Below, piece by piece: positions 1-10,140 of a stretch of 64,000 bases of DNA (the first letter of the stretch is position 1; each line of letters begins with the position of its first letter). The stretch is from an uncultured Bacillota bacterium (GTDB lineage Bacteria; Sysuimicrobiota; Sysuimicrobiia; Sysuimicrobiales; Segetimicrobiaceae), in NCBI GenBank assembly GCA_963804645.1, contig CAWDRG010000002.1, positions 138,330 to 202,329 on the forward strand. The letters are read 5' to 3'. The notes beneath the pieces are model-generated. The model searched no databases and was not told the origin of the DNA. It saw only the letters and a list, made by a program, of their open reading frames with translations. The position numbers and the translations under genes were made by a program.

Positions 1-104
1 CCCGTGCTCGCGGTCGCGCCCCTCGCGCGGCAGCGTGCAGAAGATGCATCCCTCGGTCCGCGCCGCCTTAATGTACTGCAACCTCCAGGGCGCCCACAGG
101 TGCT

Positions 105-827
105 TCACCCGGCCTGGCTGCGCCGGAGCTGCACGAGCGCCTCCTGCGCGGCCGCCTGCTCGGCCTCCTTCTTGCTGCGGCCCCGTCCCTCGCCCAGCAC
201 CCGCCCGCTCACCTCTACGACCGCGACGAACATCCGGCTGTGATCCGGACCTTCCTGGCCGGTGATGCGGTACCGCGGCAGCCGCCGCTCGCGCTGCTGG
301 ACGAGTTCTTGTAATTGGCTCTTGTGGTCGCCCTCGCCGGGCTCCTCGAGCCGGGACAGGTCCTCCGCGAACCAGCGCATCACGCAGTGATGCGCCACCC
401 CATAGCCGGAATCGACGTACACCGCCCCGACCACCGCTTCCAGCACGTCGGCGAGCAGCGACGCGCGCGCCCGCCCGCCGCCTTTCTCTTCGCCGCGGCC
501 GAGGACGAGGTACCGCCCGAGGTCGAGCTGGCGCGCGACGTGCGCGAGCGGGCCTTCGCTGACGACCGAGGCGCGCAGCCGGGCGAGGTCGCCTTCGAGG
601 CGGGTCGGAAACACCCGGTACAGGTGGTCGCTGACCGCGAGGTTGAGGACGGCGTCGCCGAGGAACTCGAGGCGCTCATAGTTGTCGCCGTGTCGGCTCC
701 GGGCCTCGGTACCGACCGAGCCGTGGACGAGGGCCGTGTGCAGGAGCGTGCGGTCGCGGAAGCGGATCTCGAGCCGGGTCTCCAACTCGACGAGTTGGGC
801 CTCGCGCTCCGCCGACACCTCGGGCAC
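105..827 (-). CDS. rnc: Ribonuclease III
   Basis: RNase III signature [20 protein letters not shown] plus a C-terminal dsRBD-like tail. The ORF is trimmed to GTG at 827, just downstream of the fabF stop (830-832). The N-terminal 87 aa of the 330-aa track ORF overlap fabF and are judged spurious. Confidence 0.85.
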   Translation of the reverse strand: MPEVSAEREAQLVELETRLEIRFRDRTLLHTALVHGSVGTEARSRHGDNYERLEFLGDAVLNLAVSDHLYRVFPTRLEGDLARLRASVVSEGPLAHVARQLDLGRYLVLGRGEEKGGGRARASLLADVLEAVVGAVYVDSGYGVAHHCVMRWFAEDLSRLEEPGEGDHKSQLQELVQQRERRLPRYRITGQEGPDHSRMFVAVVEVSGRVLGEGRGRSKKEAEQAAAQEALVQLRRSQAG

Positions 828-829
828 GA

Positions 830-2068
830 TCAGGACGGCCTCCGCGCAACCAGGATGGCGTTGTGGCCGCCGAACCCGAACGCGTTCGACATGGCGACGT
901 CGATCTTCGCGGCCCGCGGGACGTTGGGGACGTAGTCCAGGTCGCAGGCGGGGTCCGGGACCTCGTAGTTGATCGTTGGCGGGATCGTCCCCCGCTCGAT
1001 CGCGAGCGCGCACGTGATCAGCTCGACGCCGCCCGCGGCCCCGAGCAGGTGCGCCGTCATCGACTTGGTCGAGCTCACCGGGATCCGCGGCGCCCATGAC
1101 CCGAAGGCGCGCTTGATCGCCAGCGTCTCGAACTTGTCGTTGTACGGGGTGCTCGTCCCGTGCGCGTTGATGTAGCCGACCTCGGCCGGCTCGATGCCGG
1201 CGTCCCGCAGCGCCATGTCGATGGCGACCACGGCGCCGTCACCCTCCGGATCCGGCATCGTGATGTGAAACGCGTCGGCGCTCATCCCGTAGCCCGCGAG
1301 CTCCGCGTAAATTCGGGCGCCGCGGCGCTCGGCGTGCTCCCAAGCCTCGAGCACCACGACGCCGGCGCCCTCGCCCATCACGAACCCGTCGCGCCCGAGG
1401 TCGAACGGCCGCGAGGCGCGCGCCGGCGCGTCGTTGCGCAGGCTGAGCGCCTTCATGTTGCAGAATCCGGCGAGGCTGAGCGGCGTGATCGCCGCCTCCG
1501 ACCCGCCGCAGATCATCGCGTCGGCGTCGCCGTGCTGGATGATCCGGGCCGCCTCGCCGACCGCGTGCCCGCCGGTCGCGCACGCGGACACCACGGAAAA
1601 ATTCGGTCCGCGGGCGCCGACTTGGATGCTGACGATGCCCGACGCCATGTCGACGATCATCATCGGGGCGAAGAACGGGCTCACGCGGCTGGGCCCCCGC
1701 GTGCGGAGGATGTCGTACTGCTCTTCCCACGTGTGGGCGCCGCCGATCCCGGACCCGATCACGACCCCGACCCGGTTCCGGTTCTGCGGGGTAATCGCGA
1801 GCTGCGTGTCCTCGAGCGCGAGGCGCGCCGCGGCGACCGCGAGATGCACGAACCGGTCGTTCCGCCGCACTTCCTTCTTGTCCAGGTACGCCGTCGCGTC
1901 GAAGTCCGTGCACTCGGCGCCGATCTTGCAGTCGTAGTCGGTCACGTCAAACGACGAGATCCGGGCCACGCCGCTTCGGCCCTCCATCAGCGCGTTCCAA
2001 AACGGATCCTTGCCGATGCCGATGGGGCTGACCACACCCACACCGGTGATCGCTACGCGTCGCCGCAT
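830..2068 (-). CDS. fabF: 3-oxoacyl-ACP synthase II
   Basis: 412-aa KAS II with characteristic motifs ([39 protein letters not shown]). Sits downstream of acpP. Confidence 0.95.
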   Translation of the reverse strand: MRRRVAITGVGVVSPIGIGKDPFWNALMEGRSGVARISSFDVTDYDCKIGAECTDFDATAYLDKKEVRRNDRFVHLAVAAARLALEDTQLAITPQNRNRVGVVIGSGIGGAHTWEEQYDILRTRGPSRVSPFFAPMMIVDMASGIVSIQVGARGPNFSVVSACATGGHAVGEAARIIQHGDADAMICGGSEAAITPLSLAGFCNMKALSLRNDAPARASRPFDLGRDGFVMGEGAGVVVLEAWEHAERRGARIYAELAGYGMSADAFHITMPDPEGDGAVVAIDMALRDAGIEPAEVGYINAHGTSTPYNDKFETLAIKRAFGSWAPRIPVSSTKSMTAHLLGAAGGVELITCALAIERGTIPPTINYEVPDPACDLDYVPNVPRAAKIDVAMSNAFGFGGHNAILVARRPS

Positions 2069-2116
2069 CGCTGCTCCATCACTGAGGCGTCTCGCGGCGC
2101 GCCGCGCCGCGGGGAC

Positions 2117-2365
2117 CTACGTGGCGGGAGCCTCGGCGTGGCTTTCGATGTAGCTAACCGCTTCGCCGACGGTCGCGATCTTCTCCGCGTCCTCGTCGGG
2201 GATCTCCAGATCGAACTCTTCCTCGAGCGCCATCACGAGTTCGACGACGTCGAGCGAGTCCGCCCCAAGGTCCTCGACGAACTTCGACTGCGGCGTCACC
2301 GCGCTGGCCTCGACGCCCAACTGCTCCACCACGATCGCCTTCACTCGATCGAACACCGGTGCCAT
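2117..2365 (-). CDS. acpP: Acyl carrier protein
   Basis: 82 aa with the DSLD phosphopantetheine-attachment motif ([19 protein letters not shown]). Confidence 0.9.
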   Translation of the reverse strand: MAPVFDRVKAIVVEQLGVEASAVTPQSKFVEDLGADSLDVVELVMALEEEFDLEIPDEDAEKIATVGEAVSYIESHAEAPAT

Positions 2366-2441
2366 CCGCGACCACCTCCGTAGTCTTCCGTCCCGCGGGG
2401 CGCGCCGCGCCCCGCGGGGGGGTCCCCCCGCGCCGGCGCCG

Positions 2442-3188
2442 CTACCGCATCACGGTTCCGCCGTCGACGTTCAACACCTGCCCCGTAATGTACGACGCCT
2501 CGTCCGATGCCAGAAACGCCACCGCGGCGGCGATCTCCTCCGGCCGCCCGGTCCGGCCCATCGCGCAGTTCCTGAGCACGCGGGTGCGCTGCTCCTCGGT
2601 CATCCCCGCGGTCAGCCCGGTTTCGATGTACCCGGGCGCGACGGCGTTGACGGTGATGCCGCGCCCCGCGACCTCCCACGCCACCGCCTTGGTGAACCCG
2701 ATCACCCCGGCCTTTGCCGCGATGTAGTTCGCCTGCCCGGGGTTTCCTACCTCTGCGACGATCGACGTGATGTTGATGATCCGGCCGCGGCGCTGCCGCA
2801 CCATCTCGCGCAGCACGGCGCGCGTGCAGTAAAAGGTGCCGTGCAGGTTGATCGCGACGATCTCGTGCCAGTCCTCGTCCTTCATCCGGAGCGCGAGCCC
2901 GTCCTTGGTCAGGCCGGCGTTGTTAACCAGCACGTCCAGCCGGCCCCGCCACTCCAGCGCCTCGGCGCACATCGCCCGGCAGGACTCGGAGGATTCGATC
3001 TCGGCCTGCACCATGTGGCCCTCGGATCCGGCCGCTTCGATCTGCCGCAGCGTCTCCTCCACCCCGGGCACGTTGCGGTGGTAGTGGGCGACCACCGCGG
3101 CGCCGTCCCGGGCGAGCCGGACGGCGATCGCGCGGCCGATGCCGCTCGAGGCGCCGGTCACCAGCGCCACACGGGCGTCGGCGCTCAT
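2442..3188 (-). CDS. fabG: 3-oxoacyl-ACP reductase
   Basis: SDR with [12 protein letters not shown] and an NNAG-containing catalytic region. Real start is the internal ATG at 3188, which overlaps the fabD stop as ATGA. The first 169 aa of the track ORF are an Arg/Gly-rich artefact. Confidence 0.9.
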   Translation of the reverse strand: MSADARVALVTGASSGIGRAIAVRLARDGAAVVAHYHRNVPGVEETLRQIEAAGSEGHMVQAEIESSESCRAMCAEALEWRGRLDVLVNNAGLTKDGLALRMKDEDWHEIVAINLHGTFYCTRAVLREMVRQRRGRIINITSIVAEVGNPGQANYIAAKAGVIGFTKAVAWEVAGRGITVNAVAPGYIETGLTAGMTEEQRTRVLRNCAMGRTGRPEEIAAAVAFLASDEASYITGQVLNVDGGTVMR

Positions 3189-4117
3189 CCGACGGCCTCC
3201 GCCGCGAGCGCGGCCGCGGTGGCATCGCGCGACTCGAGGTCCTCGACGTGGTACACGTCCGCGTCGACCGTCCGGCGGATCATGCCGCCGAGCGTCCGGC
3301 CCGGTCCCATCTCGACGAACCGGCGCACCCCGGCGGCGTACATCGCCCGCACGGACTGCTCCCACAGCACCGGCGAGGCCACCTGCGCGAGGAGGGACGC
3401 CCGGATGTCTTCCGGCGATTGGACCGGGAGGGCGGACGCGTTCGCAAACACGGGGATGCGTGCCCGGCGGACCGGCAGCGCGGCCAGGGCCGGCGCGAGC
3501 CGATCGGCCGCCGGGCGCATCAGGCGTGTATGAAACGGCGCGCTCACGTCGAGCGACAGCGCCCGGCGCGCGCCCAGCCCGCGCGCCGTCTCGAGCGCCG
3601 CGCGCACCGCGGGCACCTCGCCGCCGATTACGACCTGTCCCGGACTGTTGAAGTTCGACGGCTCCACGACGCCCAGGTGCGCGTGCGGCGCGCACGCCTC
3701 GGCGACCTGCTCAAACGTCAGCCCCATCACGACCGCCATCATAGTCTCGCGCCCCGCGCACGCCTCCTGCATGTACATCCCCCGCAGCCGAACCAGCCGC
3801 ACGGCGTCCTCGAGGTCGATCGCCCCCGCGCACACACACGCGGAGTACTCTCCAAGGCTCAACCCGGCGGCGCACGCCGGTTCAAACGGAATCGCAGCCA
3901 GACACGCGAGGCTCGTGACGAGGATCGCCGGTTGGGTATTCGCGGTCGCGCGAAGGGCTTCCTTCGGTCCGTCGCTGCAGAGGGCCAGCAGGTCGATGCC
4001 GAGCGCCGCGCTCGCCCGGGTGAAGACGTCCCGCGAGGCGGCGCAGTGGTCCGCGAGTTCCCGTCCCATGCCGACGTACTGGGCCCCTTGACCGGGAAAG
4101 ACCGCGGCGGTGCGCAC
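3185..4117 (-). CDS. fabD: Malonyl-CoA:ACP transacylase
   Basis: AFLFPGQGAQ-type N-terminus ([14 protein letters not shown]) and the GLSLGEYSA active-site serine motif. Confidence 0.9.
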   Translation of the reverse strand: MRTAAVFPGQGAQYVGMGRELADHCAASRDVFTRASAALGIDLLALCSDGPKEALRATANTQPAILVTSLACLAAIPFEPACAAGLSLGEYSACVCAGAIDLEDAVRLVRLRGMYMQEACAGRETMMAVVMGLTFEQVAEACAPHAHLGVVEPSNFNSPGQVVIGGEVPAVRAALETARGLGARRALSLDVSAPFHTRLMRPAADRLAPALAALPVRRARIPVFANASALPVQSPEDIRASLLAQVASPVLWEQSVRAMYAAGVRRFVEMGPGRTLGGMIRRTVDADVYHVEDLESRDATAAALAAEAVG

Positions 4118-4121
4118 CGAC

Positions 4122-5168
4122 TCAGTCAGCGGAACTGCCTTCGGAAGACGTCGCCGGCACCGCCAGGCGTCCGACCTCCTCGCGGATCGCCGCGACCATC
4201 CCCGCGCGGACCGTGTCCACGGCCAGCGCCACGGCGGCGCGCATCGCCTTCGCCCTCGAGCTGCCGTGTCCGATGATGCACACCCCGTTGACGCCGAGGA
4301 GCGGCGCCCCGCCGTATTCGGTATAGTCCATCCGCCGCCGGACCGCGTGCAGTCCCGGCAGGGCCAGGGCCGCGCCCAGCTTGACGCGCACCGTGCGCCG
4401 CAGCTCTTCCCGCAGCAGTGCGAAGATGCCGAGCGCCAGTCCCTCCCCGAACTTCAGCACGACGTTGCCGACGAACCCGTCGCAGACCACCACGTCCGCG
4501 CTGTGATCGAAGAACTCGCGGCCCTCGACGTTGCCGATAAACCGCAGGCCCGACGCCCGCAGGAGTTCCGCGGCGCGAATCACGAGCTCGTTCCCTTTCG
4601 TCTCCTCGGCGCCGTTGCTGAGCACGCCGACCCGAGGAGACGCTACGCCGAGCACGCGCGCCGCGTACACGCTCCCCATTACCGCGAACTGCAGCAGGTG
4701 TTTCGGCCGGCAGTCGACGTTCGCGCCGACATCCACGAGGATGGCCCGGCCGCGGGTGGTCGGGAGCACCGCCGCGATCGCGGGCCGATCGATCCCTTCG
4801 ATCCGTCCGAGGCCCAGGAGCGCGGCCGCCATCGCGGCGCCAGTGTTCCCGGCGCTGACCATCGCGTCGGCCTCGCCCCGCCGGACGAGTTCCACCGCGA
4901 CCGGGATCGACGCCCGCCGCTTGCGGCGCAGCGCCATCGCCGGGGCTTCGGCCATGTCGATGACGTCGGGGGCTTCTTCGATCCGGACGTCCCGCTCGGC
5001 TTCGAGCGCGCGGACCTCCGCCTCGAGGATGCGCGTCGGTCCGACCAGGATCACCTCGACGTCAAGGTCCCGGGCCGCCTGCACCGCGCCCTGGACCACC
5101 TCCCGCGGGGCGTGATCGCCGCCCATCGCGTCGACCGCCACGCGCGGCCTGCTCCGCTCGGTGTCCAT
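4122..5168 (-). CDS. plsX: Phosphate acyltransferase PlsX
   Basis: RVAVDAMGGDHAP start motif and GNVEGREF motif. Trimmed to the internal ATG (track aa 76) at 5168, downstream of the rpmF stop at 5189. Confidence 0.9.
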   Translation of the reverse strand: MDTERSRPRVAVDAMGGDHAPREVVQGAVQAARDLDVEVILVGPTRILEAEVRALEAERDVRIEEAPDVIDMAEAPAMALRRKRRASIPVAVELVRRGEADAMVSAGNTGAAMAAALLGLGRIEGIDRPAIAAVLPTTRGRAILVDVGANVDCRPKHLLQFAVMGSVYAARVLGVASPRVGVLSNGAEETKGNELVIRAAELLRASGLRFIGNVEGREFFDHSADVVVCDGFVGNVVLKFGEGLALGIFALLREELRRTVRVKLGAALALPGLHAVRRRMDYTEYGGAPLLGVNGVCIIGHGSSRAKAMRAAVALAVDTVRAGMVAAIREEVGRLAVPATSSEGSSAD

Positions 5169-5188
5169 CCCGCAGCGGGTCCCGCTCG

Positions 5189-5386
5189 TCAGGCGCCGGA
5201 CCGTTCCTCGGTCCGCACGTCGATCACCTGGCGGCCCGCATACGAGCCGCACGTCGGGCACACGCGGTGGGGCCGCATCGGCGCGTGACACTTCGGGCAG
5301 TTCACGAGCGTCACGGGGTGCACCTTGAAGTTCGCCCGCCGCTTCGCCGTCCGTGCCTTGCTGAACCGCCGCTTGGTGAGTCCCAT
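5189..5386 (-). CDS. rpmF: 50S ribosomal protein L32
   Basis: 65 aa with CPKCHAPMRPHRVCPTCGSY, the zinc-ribbon L32 signature. Confidence 0.9.
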   Translation of the reverse strand: MGLTKRRFSKARTAKRRANFKVHPVTLVNCPKCHAPMRPHRVCPTCGSYAGRQVIDVRTEERSGA

Positions 5387-5400
5387 CGGTCACGCTCCTT

Positions 5401-6015
5401 TTATCGGTCCGCGCCGCGCCGCCGCGCGCCGGACTTGCCCGCGCGGTCGCCGCTCCGTCCGCTCCATCCTTCGAGCGCCTGCAGCCGGGGATCGATCCCC
5501 ACGGTGTCGCAGCCGCACGTCCCCGCGTTCCGGTCCGCGCCGCATCGCGGGCACAGACCCCGACAGTCCGATGAACAGCGCGGGGCGATCGGTAAGGCGA
5601 GGACGAGGTGCTGCCGCACGACCTCGGTCAGATCGATCATGTCGCCCGGCTCGATCGGCATCAGAAAGGCCTCGGGGCCGAGCGGCTCGCCCGACGGCGT
5701 GTGCTCGCCGGGGCCGCCGCGGGAGAACTCCTCATCGATGGTGACCTCGAGCGGCTGCTCAAACGGCCGCAGGCACGCCCCGCACACCAGCGCCACCCGC
5801 GTCGCGACGCGCCCGTCGACCCGGATCATCGGACCGGCGCGGCTCAGCACCAGTTCACCGCTCACCGGCTCGCTGGCCGCCGCGTCCTCGGCGAGCGTTC
5901 CCAGCCGCTCGGAGAACGCCACCGCCCGCGCCGTTTCTCGGCCCGCGAGCAGATCCCCGACATACGCGCGCACGTCCCACCTCACGCCGCGTGCCCGGGC
6001 AGACACCCCGGGCAC
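5401..6015 (-). CDS. yceD: DUF177 / YceD-family protein (large-subunit rRNA accumulation factor)
   Basis: Lies directly upstream of rpmF, as in most bacteria, and has the C-terminal Cys cluster (CSSDCRGLCPRCG...CGC). Start codon uncertain. Confidence 0.7.
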   Translation of the reverse strand: MPGVSARARGVRWDVRAYVGDLLAGRETARAVAFSERLGTLAEDAAASEPVSGELVLSRAGPMIRVDGRVATRVALVCGACLRPFEQPLEVTIDEEFSRGGPGEHTPSGEPLGPEAFLMPIEPGDMIDLTEVVRQHLVLALPIAPRCSSDCRGLCPRCGADRNAGTCGCDTVGIDPRLQALEGWSGRSGDRAGKSGARRRGADR

Positions 6016-6024
6016 ACCGGTTCA

Positions 6025-6546
6025 TTATACGGAGGCCATTTTCTCGTTGTCAAGGCGCGTCGACGTGCTGCCGCCGCCTGTGCGCTCGCCGAGAATCGCT
6101 TTGCCCCGCCGGACCGTCGTCACGACCCGCGAGACCTCGGCGTCGAGCCGCTCGAACACGCCAAGCGCGTAGACGTCCGCCGACCGGCGCATTTCGTCCG
6201 CTTCCCGATTCGCGACCGCGCGGATGTCCCGCGCCTCGCGCTCAGCCTCGCGGACGACGTCCGCGTCGGCGTTGGCGCGCGTGCGCTCCTGGGCGTCCGC
6301 CGTGAGGCGCCGCGCCTCCTCCTGCGCGCGCCGCAGCACCGCGTCGGCCTCCGCCTGCGCCTGGGCGAGCCGGCCCACCTCCTTGGCCAGCAGCGCGCGC
6401 GCTTCGTGCAGGACCTGGCGGGCTTCATCGCGCCGGCCCGAGCCGCCAAGGCCGAACCACGACCCGCGCGAGTCGAGTAGCGCCTCGAGCCGATCGAGGC
6501 AGTGGTCGACGGACGGGGTCGCCGGTCGATCAGTACGTAGGGGCAT
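6025..6546 (-). CDS. Hypothetical coiled-coil protein (Ala/Arg/Glu-rich)
   Basis: 173-aa ORF filling the gap between coaD and yceD, with a long predicted coiled coil (LAQAQAEADAVLRRAQEEARRLTADAQER...). No family confidently recognised. Codon usage is consistent with its neighbours. Confidence 0.4.
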   Translation of the reverse strand: MPLRTDRPATPSVDHCLDRLEALLDSRGSWFGLGGSGRRDEARQVLHEARALLAKEVGRLAQAQAEADAVLRRAQEEARRLTADAQERTRANADADVVREAEREARDIRAVANREADEMRRSADVYALGVFERLDAEVSRVVTTVRRGKAILGERTGGGSTSTRLDNEKMASV

Positions 6547-6552
6547 CCACGC

Positions 6553-7050
6553 TCACCTCGCCTGTGGGTGTGTCATGCGGTGCAAACGCCTGGCCACGCC
6601 GTCGGGCACGAGGCCCGCGACGGAACCGCCAAATCCCGACACCTCGCGAATCAGGGTAGAGCTGAGGTACGCGAACTCCGGGCTCGTCATCATGAACACC
6701 GTCTCGATCTCCGGACGCAGCCGCTTGTTCATCGCCGCCATCTTGAGCTCGAACTCGAAATCCATCATCGCCCGGAGGCCCTTGACGATGACGCGGGCGC
6801 CGATCTGGTACGCAAACTCCACGGTCAGCCCGTCGAACCGCCGCACCTCTACGCGCGCGCGCCGGCCGACCGCCGCCCGCAGCATCGCGATGCGGTCCTC
6901 GACGGGAAACAGCGCCTGCTTCTCCACGTTCGTCGCGACCCCGATCACGACCTGACGGAACATCTCGCGGGCCCGGAAGATGATGTCGAGATGGCCGTTG
7001 TGCACGGGGTCGAAGCTCCCGGGGTACAGCACCGCCCCCGTTCGGATCAT
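6553..7050 (-). CDS. coaD: Phosphopantetheine adenylyltransferase
   Basis: MIRTGAVLYPGSFDPVHNGHLDII is the classic CoaD N-terminus. It is the C-terminal 165 aa of the 462-aa track ORF; the upstream part overlaps rsmD in another frame. Its ATG shares one base with the rsmD stop. Confidence 0.9.
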   Translation of the reverse strand: MIRTGAVLYPGSFDPVHNGHLDIIFRAREMFRQVVIGVATNVEKQALFPVEDRIAMLRAAVGRRARVEVRRFDGLTVEFAYQIGARVIVKGLRAMMDFEFELKMAAMNKRLRPEIETVFMMTSPEFAYLSSTLIREVSGFGGSVAGLVPDGVARRLHRMTHPQAR

Positions 7051-7607
7051 CACGACCCCTCGGCGGTCTCGTAGTACCAGACGGCGGTCTCTCCATAGCG
7101 GGCCGTCCGGGTGCGGCGGAGCCCCTCGATCTCGCCCGGGTCGTCGCGCCAATGGCCCTCCGCGACCGCGACGCCGCCCGGGGCCAGCGCCCCCGACGCA
7201 GCGATCGCGCGCAGGGTCCGGCCGCCGAGTTCTTGGCCGTACGGCGGATCGAGCACGATCACATCGAACCGCGCGCCCGCGGCCGCGAGCGACGCCACCT
7301 CCGTCACCGCGTTGGCCCGGCGTACCTGGCCGCGCCCCTCGAGCCGCGCGGCGCGGAGGTTGTCCCGGATCGCCGCCGCGCTGCGCGCGTCGCGCTCCAC
7401 GAACACCGCGGTGTCGGCGCCGCGGCTCAGCGCCTCGATGCCGAGCCCACCCGCCCCGGCGAACAGGTCTAGGACGCGCGCCCGCTCGAGGCGAGGCGCC
7501 AGGGCGTTGAACACGGCTTCCTTCACCATATCGGAGGTGGGACGGGTCGCGGCGCGCGACGCGGTCTTGAGGCGCGTGCCCTTCGCGAGACCGGCGGTGA
7601 CGCGCAT
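7050..7607 (-). CDS. rsmD: 16S rRNA (guanine966-N2)-methyltransferase RsmD
   Basis: Small N6-adenine-methylase-like methyltransferase with LDLFAGAGGLGIEALSRG and DPPY motifs. Lies upstream of coaD, as ylbH does in Bacillus. Confidence 0.85.
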   Translation of the reverse strand: MRVTAGLAKGTRLKTASRAATRPTSDMVKEAVFNALAPRLERARVLDLFAGAGGLGIEALSRGADTAVFVERDARSAAAIRDNLRAARLEGRGQVRRANAVTEVASLAAAGARFDVIVLDPPYGQELGGRTLRAIAASGALAPGGVAVAEGHWRDDPGEIEGLRRTRTARYGETAVWYYETAEGS

Positions 7608-7610
7608 CGG

Positions 7611-9791
7611 CTACCCCACCCTCGCGTTTTCGGGCTGCGCCGCCCCGAATCGGATGCCCAGCGCCCACGCGACGCCCCGGTGCTCCGGGTCCCGCAGCTC
7701 CGGGTCCGCGGCGAGCAACTCCGCCCCGTCGTGGCGGGCCCGCTCCAGCCAGACCCGGTCCCGGACGAGGTTGGCCACCCGCAGGTCGGACATCCCGTGC
7801 TGGCGGCGATCGCCGAGCAGCTCGCCGATGCCGCGGAGCTCCAGGTCGCGCTCGGCGATCCGGAAGCCGTCGGTGGTCTCCAGCATCGCGTCCAGCCGGG
7901 CCTGCCCGTCCTCGGTCTTCGGATCGCTGACGAGGATGCACGACGACTGCGCCGTGCCCCGTCCGACGCGGCCGCGGAGCTGGTGCAGCTGCGAGAGCCC
8001 GAAGCGGTCCGCGTCTTCGATCACCATCAGCGTTGCGTTCGGGACATCGATCCCGACCTCGATGACGGTGGTCGCGACGAGCACCTGCGTGCGCCCCTCC
8101 CGGAGCGCCTCCATCGCGCGCTCGCGCTCGTCCACCCTCATCCGCCCGTGCAGCACGTCGACGCGCACCCCGCGGAGGATCGTGGCGCCGAGGCGCGCCG
8201 CGAGCTCGGTCGCCGCCTCGGCCTGGAGGTTGTCCGACTCCTCGATCAGCGGGCAGACCACGTACGCCTGCCGGCCCTGGGTCACCTGGTCGCGCACGTA
8301 CTCGTAGATCCGGGGCCGCTGCGCGGTGGGACGCGCGTGCGTACGGACCGGCGAGCGCCCCGGGGGCAGCTCGTCCAGCACGGACACGTCGAGGTCACCG
8401 TACAGCGTGAGGGCGAGCGTGCGCGGGATCGGGGTCGCGGTCATCACGAGCACGTCCGGCCGCTCCCCTTTGTAGCGCAGCGCGGCACGCTGGGTCACGC
8501 CGAACCGGTGCTGCTCGTCGACGACCACGAGCCCCAGGCGTTGAAACGCCACGGCGTCCTCGATGAGCGCGTGGGTGCCGATGACGATGTCGGCCGCGCC
8601 GTCGCGCACCTGCTCGAGCGCCTCCTGCCGCGCCGCCCGGCTGAGCCCGCCGATCAGCAGCACGACGGTGACCCCGAGGGGTTCCAGCAGCCGGCGGAGC
8701 GTGAGGTAGTGCTGCCCCGCCAGGATCTCGGTGGGCGCCATCAGCGCCCCCTGCGCCCCGCCGCCGACGCAGCGCAGCAGCGCCGAGGCGGCGACCACGG
8801 TCTTGCCGGACCCGACGTCGCCCTGCAGCAGGCGGTTCATGGGATGCCGGCGGTCGAGATCGTGCAGAATCTCCGTCGTGACCCGGTACTGGGCACCCGT
8901 CAGCGTGTACGGGAGGCTGCGCCGGAACCGTTCGACGAGTTCGCGGGCGTCGCCGTAGACCACGCCCCGCGGCTCCGCCTCCCGCGCCGCCTTCTGCCGC
9001 AGGAGCAGGATCTGGAACAGCAGGAGCTCCTCGTACACCAACCGGCGGCGCGCGGCCTGGTAGGCGTCGTCGCTCTCCGGAAAATGCGCCTGCCGGATCG
9101 ACGCCGCGAGCTCGGGAAGCGCGTGGCGCGCCCGGAGTGCCGGCGGCAGCCACTCCGGCAGCGCGTCAGCGTGGTCGTCGAGGGCGCGCGACACGATCGT
9201 CCGGAGCGCCCGCTGCGTGAGGCCTTCGGTGCTGGCGTAGACGGGCACGATCCGCCCGACGTGCAGCGTCTCCTCGCCGGGTTCGATCACCTCGAACTCT
9301 GGCGCGGCGATCTGCACCTCGCCGCCCTGCCGCTGTACCCGGCCGTGCAGCACGACGCGCGCGCCCGCCGGGAGCTGGCGCACGATGTACGGCTGGTTGT
9401 ACCACACGGCGTGGAGGATGCCCGATCCGTCCTGCAGGACCGCTTTAATGATGACGAGGCGGCGTCCCCGCGGACGGAACTGCCGGACCTGGACGACGGT
9501 CGCCTCGACCGTTTCCACCTGGCCGTGCTGGAGATCGTAGATGCGCCGGAGGTGGCTGCGGTCTTCCACGCGGCGCGGCAGGCGGAAGAGCAGGTCGGTG
9601 ACGGTCAGGATACCGAGGCGCTTGAGGAGCTCGGCGCGCGCCGGCCCGACGCCGCGAGCGTACTGCACGGGAGACCCGGGGCCGATCGCCGGCGCGGAGG
9701 ATGCCGGTTCGCGGGGACGCACCGGCGCGGGAGACGCGGGGGCCGCCTGGCGGGGTGCTGCCAGGGCCCTGCCCCTGCGTGCGTTCGCCAT
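7611..9791 (-). CDS. recG: ATP-dependent DNA helicase RecG
   Basis: Helicase motifs GDVGSGKTVVA, DEQHRFGV and QLRGRVGRG. The N-terminal wedge region (VQYARGVGPARAELLKRLGI) fits a start at the ATG at 9791. The track ORF extends a further 40 aa to 9911. Confidence 0.9.
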   Translation of the reverse strand: MANARRGRALAAPRQAAPASPAPVRPREPASSAPAIGPGSPVQYARGVGPARAELLKRLGILTVTDLLFRLPRRVEDRSHLRRIYDLQHGQVETVEATVVQVRQFRPRGRRLVIIKAVLQDGSGILHAVWYNQPYIVRQLPAGARVVLHGRVQRQGGEVQIAAPEFEVIEPGEETLHVGRIVPVYASTEGLTQRALRTIVSRALDDHADALPEWLPPALRARHALPELAASIRQAHFPESDDAYQAARRRLVYEELLLFQILLLRQKAAREAEPRGVVYGDARELVERFRRSLPYTLTGAQYRVTTEILHDLDRRHPMNRLLQGDVGSGKTVVAASALLRCVGGGAQGALMAPTEILAGQHYLTLRRLLEPLGVTVVLLIGGLSRAARQEALEQVRDGAADIVIGTHALIEDAVAFQRLGLVVVDEQHRFGVTQRAALRYKGERPDVLVMTATPIPRTLALTLYGDLDVSVLDELPPGRSPVRTHARPTAQRPRIYEYVRDQVTQGRQAYVVCPLIEESDNLQAEAATELAARLGATILRGVRVDVLHGRMRVDERERAMEALREGRTQVLVATTVIEVGIDVPNATLMVIEDADRFGLSQLHQLRGRVGRGTAQSSCILVSDPKTEDGQARLDAMLETTDGFRIAERDLELRGIGELLGDRRQHGMSDLRVANLVRDRVWLERARHDGAELLAADPELRDPEHRGVAWALGIRFGAAQPENARVG

Positions 9792-9945
9792 GCCGCCCGC
9801 CTCCTGCGTCGAAGTGCGCCGTCTCTCCGGGGCGTGCCTGGCCGGATGCGCCTTATCGAAAGACAGTTCTACACCGCCACCGTTGCCCCTGCTCGCGGTC
9901 CTGTGGTACACTCATCTTCGGCATACTTAAACGGAGGACACCCTG

Positions 9946-10137
9946 ATGGCCCGTCGTTGCGCCGTGTGCGGCAAAGAGCCCGTCACCGGCAATCGCGTCA
10001 GTCACTCGCACCACAAGACGAAGCGGCGCTTCCTGCCCAACCTGCAGCGCGTCCGGGTGCTCCTGGACGGGTCGCCCAAGCGGACGCTCGTCTGCACCGC
10101 GTGTCTCAAAGCGGGCAAGGTCAAGCGCGTCGCCTGA
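9946..10137 (+). CDS. rpmB: 50S ribosomal protein L28
   Basis: 63-aa [10 protein letters not shown]...[13 protein letters not shown], the L28 signature. Divergent from recG, as in Firmicutes. Confidence 0.9.
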   Translation: MARRCAVCGKEPVTGNRVSHSHHKTKRRFLPNLQRVRVLLDGSPKRTLVCTACLKAGKVKRVA

Positions 10138-10140
10138 GCG

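Noticed and set aside
1160-2383. 407-aa plus-strand ORF antisense to fabF/acpP
   Set aside because: Shadow ORF. fabF and acpP on the minus strand are unambiguous.
6553-7941. 462-aa track ORF, and similarly 14653-16404, 15911-17092, 16690-18057, 17355-18734, 18644-20413, 19642-21348 and 55183-57219
   Set aside because: These are real genes, but the long N-terminal extensions run into the upstream gene in another frame. Each was trimmed to the internal ATG or GTG that abuts or overlaps the upstream stop codon (verified in the sequence for 3188, 14656, 15918, 16693, 17358, 18647, 19618, 20487, 54672 and 56694).
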